From: Macrostomum lignano
Taxonomy: Eukaryota
Assembly: GCA_002269645.1 (NCBI GenBank)
Contig: NIVC01001421.1
Coordinates: 1 to 44,247 of the forward strand
Reading direction: 5' to 3'
Length of the DNA: 44,247 bases
The position numbers were made by a program, and so were the translations under genes. Positions within the stretch are counted from its first letter, which is position 1. Each line of letters begins with the position of its first letter. Of this stretch, positions 37,230 through 44,247 are shown one piece after another. The notes under the pieces were generated by a model. The model worked only from the letters and a program-made list of their open reading frames with translations, did not search any database and was not told the DNA's origin.

Positions 37230-37950
37230 CTCGTGTCTTCCCATCCCCTTCTCTCCTCGCTCTTCTCTTCATCCCCTTCTCTCCCCGCTCTTCTCTTCAT
37301 CCCCTTCTCTCCCCGCTCTTCTCTTCATCCCCTTCTCTTCCCGCTCTTCTCTTCATCCCCTTCTCTCCCCGCTCTTCTCTTCATCCCCTTCTCTCCCCGC
37401 TCTTCTCTTCATCCCCTTCTCTCCCCGCTCTTCTCTTCATCCCCTTCTCTTCCCGCTCTTCTCTTCATCCCCTTCTCTCCCCGCTCTTCTCTTCATCCCC
37501 TTCTCTCCCTGCTCTTCTCCTCATCCCCTTCTCTCCCCGCTCTTCTCCTCATCCCCTTCTCTCCCCGCTCTTCTCCTCATCCCCTTCTCTCCCTGCTCTT
37601 CTCCTCATCCCCTTCTCTCCCTGCTCTTCTCCTCATCTCCTTCTCTCCTCGCTCTTCTCATCCCCTTCTCTCCCTGCTCTTCTCCTCATCTCCTTCTCTC
37701 CCTGCTCTTCTCATCCCCTTCTCTCCCTGCTCTTCTCCTCATCTCCTTCTCTCCTCGCTCTTCTCATCCCCTTCTCTCCCTGCTCTTCTCCTCATCTCCT
37801 TCTCTCCCTGCTCTTCTCATCCCCTTCTCTCCCTGCTCTTCTCCTCATCCCCTTCTCTCCTCGCTCTTCTCATCTCCTTCTCTCCCTGCTCTTCTCCTCA
37901 TCTCCTTCTCTCCCTGCTCTTCTCCTCATCTCCTTCTCTCCCTGCTCCCC
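37230..37950. repeat. 28-bp polypyrimidine minisatellite (CCCCTTCTCTCCCCGCTCTTCTCTTCAT), decaying rightwards
   Basis: About 25 copies, almost entirely C/T on the plus strand. Confidence 0.92.
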
Positions 37951-38407
37951 TCCCAATCCACTCCTCCCTGTTTTCTATTCTCCTTCCTTCCTTTTCTTTC
38001 TTTGAGCCAATTCGAATATTTGATCTGATTCATATCAAAGAATCCACTGATTTCTTGTATTCAATTTTAGCTGTTGTACAAAGTGAAAAAGTGCGGGCTT
38101 TCTTGCTAGCTAAGCCGGGTGGGGGTCGTTTTTGTTCGTTTAAATTTAAGAGCTTGAAAGCAGATGTGATGAGAAACGTAATGTTTTTCCGTACTGTACT
38201 TTCCGTGCAAATAATACTTGCGGCTTGAGCTCTCAGAAATGACAGCATGAGACACTTATGTCTGTTCCGGCGAATGTTCCCGCCCCTTATAAGATAATTT
38301 TGATTTATATTTTTCTACGAGTATTATTTAAACGAGACCATTGTCTGACACTTAAAAGTATAGCTTTTTCTTTCTTAATTATATTTGATTCCGAGTCTGT
38401 TGAGATA

Positions 38408-39500
38408 GGGCTGCAGCATTGGGTGAATGGGTGCTGTTGTGAGTGAATGGATGCTGTTGTGAGTGAATGGGTGCTGTTGCGTGTGAATGGGTGCTGTTGT
38501 GAGTGAATGGGTGCTGTTGTGAGTGAATGGGTGCTGTTGTGAGTGAATGGGTGCTGTTGCGTGTGAATGGGTGCTGTTGTGAGTGAATGGATGCTGTTGT
38601 GAGTGAATGGGTGCTGTTGCGTGTGAATGGGTGCTGTTGTGAGTGAATGGGTGCTGTTGTGAGTGAATGGGTGCTGTTGTGAGTAAATGGGTGCTGTTGT
38701 GAGTGAATGGGTGCTGTTGTGAGTGAATGGGTGCTGTTGTGAGTGAATGGGTGCTGTTGCGTGTGAATGGGTGCTGTTGCGTGTGAATGGGTGCTGTTGT
38801 GAGTGAATGGGTGCTGTTGTGAGTGAATGGGTGCTGTTGTGAGTGAATGGGTGCTGTTGCGTGTGAATGGGTGCTGTTGTGAGTGAATGGGTGCTGTTGT
38901 GAGTGAATGGGTGCTGTTGCGTGTGAATGGGTGCTGTTGTGAGTGAATGGGTGCTGTTGTGAGTGAATGGGTGCTGTTCTGAGTGAATGGGTGCTGTTGT
39001 GAGTGAATGGGTGCTGTTGCGTGTGAATGGGTGCTGTTGTGAGTGAATGGGTGCTGTTGTGAGTGAATGGGTGCTGTTGTGAGTGAATGGGTGCTGTTGT
39101 GAGTGAATGGGTGCTGTTGTGAGTGAATGGGTGCTGTTGTGAGTGAATGGGTGCTGTTGCGTGTGAATGGGTGCTGTTGTGAGTGAATGGGTGCTGTTGT
39201 GAGTGAATGGGTGCTGTTGTGAGTGAATGGGTGCTGTTGTGAGTGAATGGGTGCTGTTGTGAGTGAATGGGTGCTGTTGTGAGTGAATGGGTGCTGTTGT
39301 GAGTGAATGGGTGCTGTTGTGAGTGAATGGGTGCTGTTGTGAGTGAATGGGTGCTGTTGTGAGTGAATGGGTGCTGTTGCGTGTGAATGGGTGCTGTTGT
39401 GAGTGAATGGGTGCTGTTGTGAGTGAATGGGTGCTGTTGTGAGTGAATGGGTGTTTTTGTGAGTGAATGGGTGCTGTTGCGTGTGAATAGGTGCTGTTGT
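38408..39500. repeat. 20-bp minisatellite (GGGTGCTGTTGTGAGTGAAT)
   Basis: About 54 copies, with an interspersed TTGCGTGTG variant. Confidence 0.95.
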
Positions 39501-40073
39501 GAGTTAACGGTTGTTATTGTGGTCGAAAGGGTGCAGTCGTGGGTGAATAGTATTGTAGATGAATGGGTATCATTTTTAAGTCGTTTAAAGAGTCACACTA
39601 CTGTTTTAAAGTAATAGCTAATAAAGAAAAAGGCAAAAAATGATGTAGAATATTTTATCCAGGAGTAAATAAATATTTTCCTGCACGTGAACTTCTATTT
39701 TGAGCTGAAAAAGAGTACGGAATCTTAAAACAACTGTTTGGCTACAAAAGCAGTTAATACAAGGCTTTCTTGGAGATTAAAAAAATTCCTTTAATTGAAA
39801 TAAAATTCAGTATTTTAGCACGATGGGGGTGCAAGAAATACTTTGCTGAAATAAGAGTTCGAAAAAGTAAAAAATAGCACAGAGACCAAAGCAGAAGACA
39901 GATTGTTTGTGCTCGTACCGTACACCAGAGCGATAAAATCACAGCTATGCTCGTATTTAAATTTGACAACCTGCTTGGAGTAAAAAGTAAGAAGTATAAA
40001 TATCTCTTTAGCAGCTGCTCAGAATGAGAAGTGAATACGTATTAAATTTCTTGAAGCCAAATCAATCGAGATT

Positions 40074-43351
<3,278 letters not shown>

Positions 43352-43639
43352 CTGCAGGTAAAAAATAAATGCGATTTAATCAATTTCTGCCCAGATCCAC
43401 AAGCGGCTAAATAAATGGGTCGGGGCAAAGACCTACGCGTAATACGGTAAAGTACATGATAATAATAACTAATATTAGCTAATAGTAATAGATAATATTT
43501 GCTTTGGGGGCACTAAATAATAGATAATTACGTCACAAAAATAGGACTGTTAACACGGTAGTTCTTCCTAACACAACGCTGATCAATCAACATAACACAA
43601 TAGAATAACCAATCATTGAATGACCATGAACGACCATGA

Positions 43640-44247
43640 ACGCGGACTCACCAAACGGAACTCACAGAACGGAACTCACAGAACGGAACTCACCAAACGG
43701 GACTCACCGAACGGGACTCACCAAACGGACTCACAGAACGGCGACTCACCGAACGGGACTCACAGAACGGACTCACAAAACCGGACTCACGAACGGGACT
43801 CACAGAAGGATCACCAAATGGACTCACAGAATGCGGACTCACACAACGGGACTCACCAAACGGGACTCACCGAACGAGACTCACCAAACGGACTCACAGA
43901 ACGGGACTCACCAAACGGCACTCACAGAACGGACTCACAAAACGGGACTCACCGAACGGGACTCACAGAACGGGACTCACCAAATGGGACTCACAGAATG
44001 GGACTCACACAACGGGACTCACAGAATGGGACTCACAGAACGGACTCACAGAACGGACTCACAGAACGGGACTCACAGAACGGACTCACCAAATGGGACT
44101 CACAGAATGGGACTCACACAACGGACTCACAGAATGGGACTCAACAGAACGGGACTCACCGAACGGGACTCACAACGGGACTCACAGAACGGGACTCACC
44201 AAACGGGACTCACAGAACGGGACTCACAAAACGGGACTCACCGACAC
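43640..44247. repeat. Degenerate 13-14 bp minisatellite (GGGACTCACAGAAC), running off the window end
   Basis: More than 40 imperfect copies. Confidence 0.9.

Noticed and set aside
37219-38228. 269-aa and 331-aa Pro/Leu/Ser ORFs
   Set aside because: Products of the 28-bp pyrimidine repeat with no unique coding signal.

Overview
Repeat-rich animal genomic DNA with GT-AG introns and no prokaryotic features. Plus strand, left to right: a 1583-aa very-large-inducible-GTPase (VLIG/GVIN/URG4-type) ORF; a 3-exon LHFPL-family tetraspan gene rebuilt by hand; a tandem cluster of four phospholipid-scramblase paralogs (one orphan last exon, one pseudogene, two largely intact genes); and a small single-pass membrane ORF. 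The minus strand carries the 3' exons of a TRPV-like channel, with a 1-nt frameshift. An intact ~4.8-kb Ingi/I-group non-LTR retrotransposon (APE-RT-RNase H-CCHC in one ORF) sits in the Gln-repeat tail of the scramblase pseudogene. It is the most interesting object here. Its 5' end folds into an HDV-like ribozyme, its short N-terminal leader ends in a ubiquitin C-terminus mimic ([10 protein letters not shown]) just ahead of the endonuclease, where related elements carry a 2A peptide, and its APE domain is split by a ~230-aa insert with a PHD-like finger. Also present: two tRNA-derived CORE-like SINE copies, several LINE fragments and about a dozen unrelated mini/microsatellites. All gene models and RNA folds were made by eye, without database searches.
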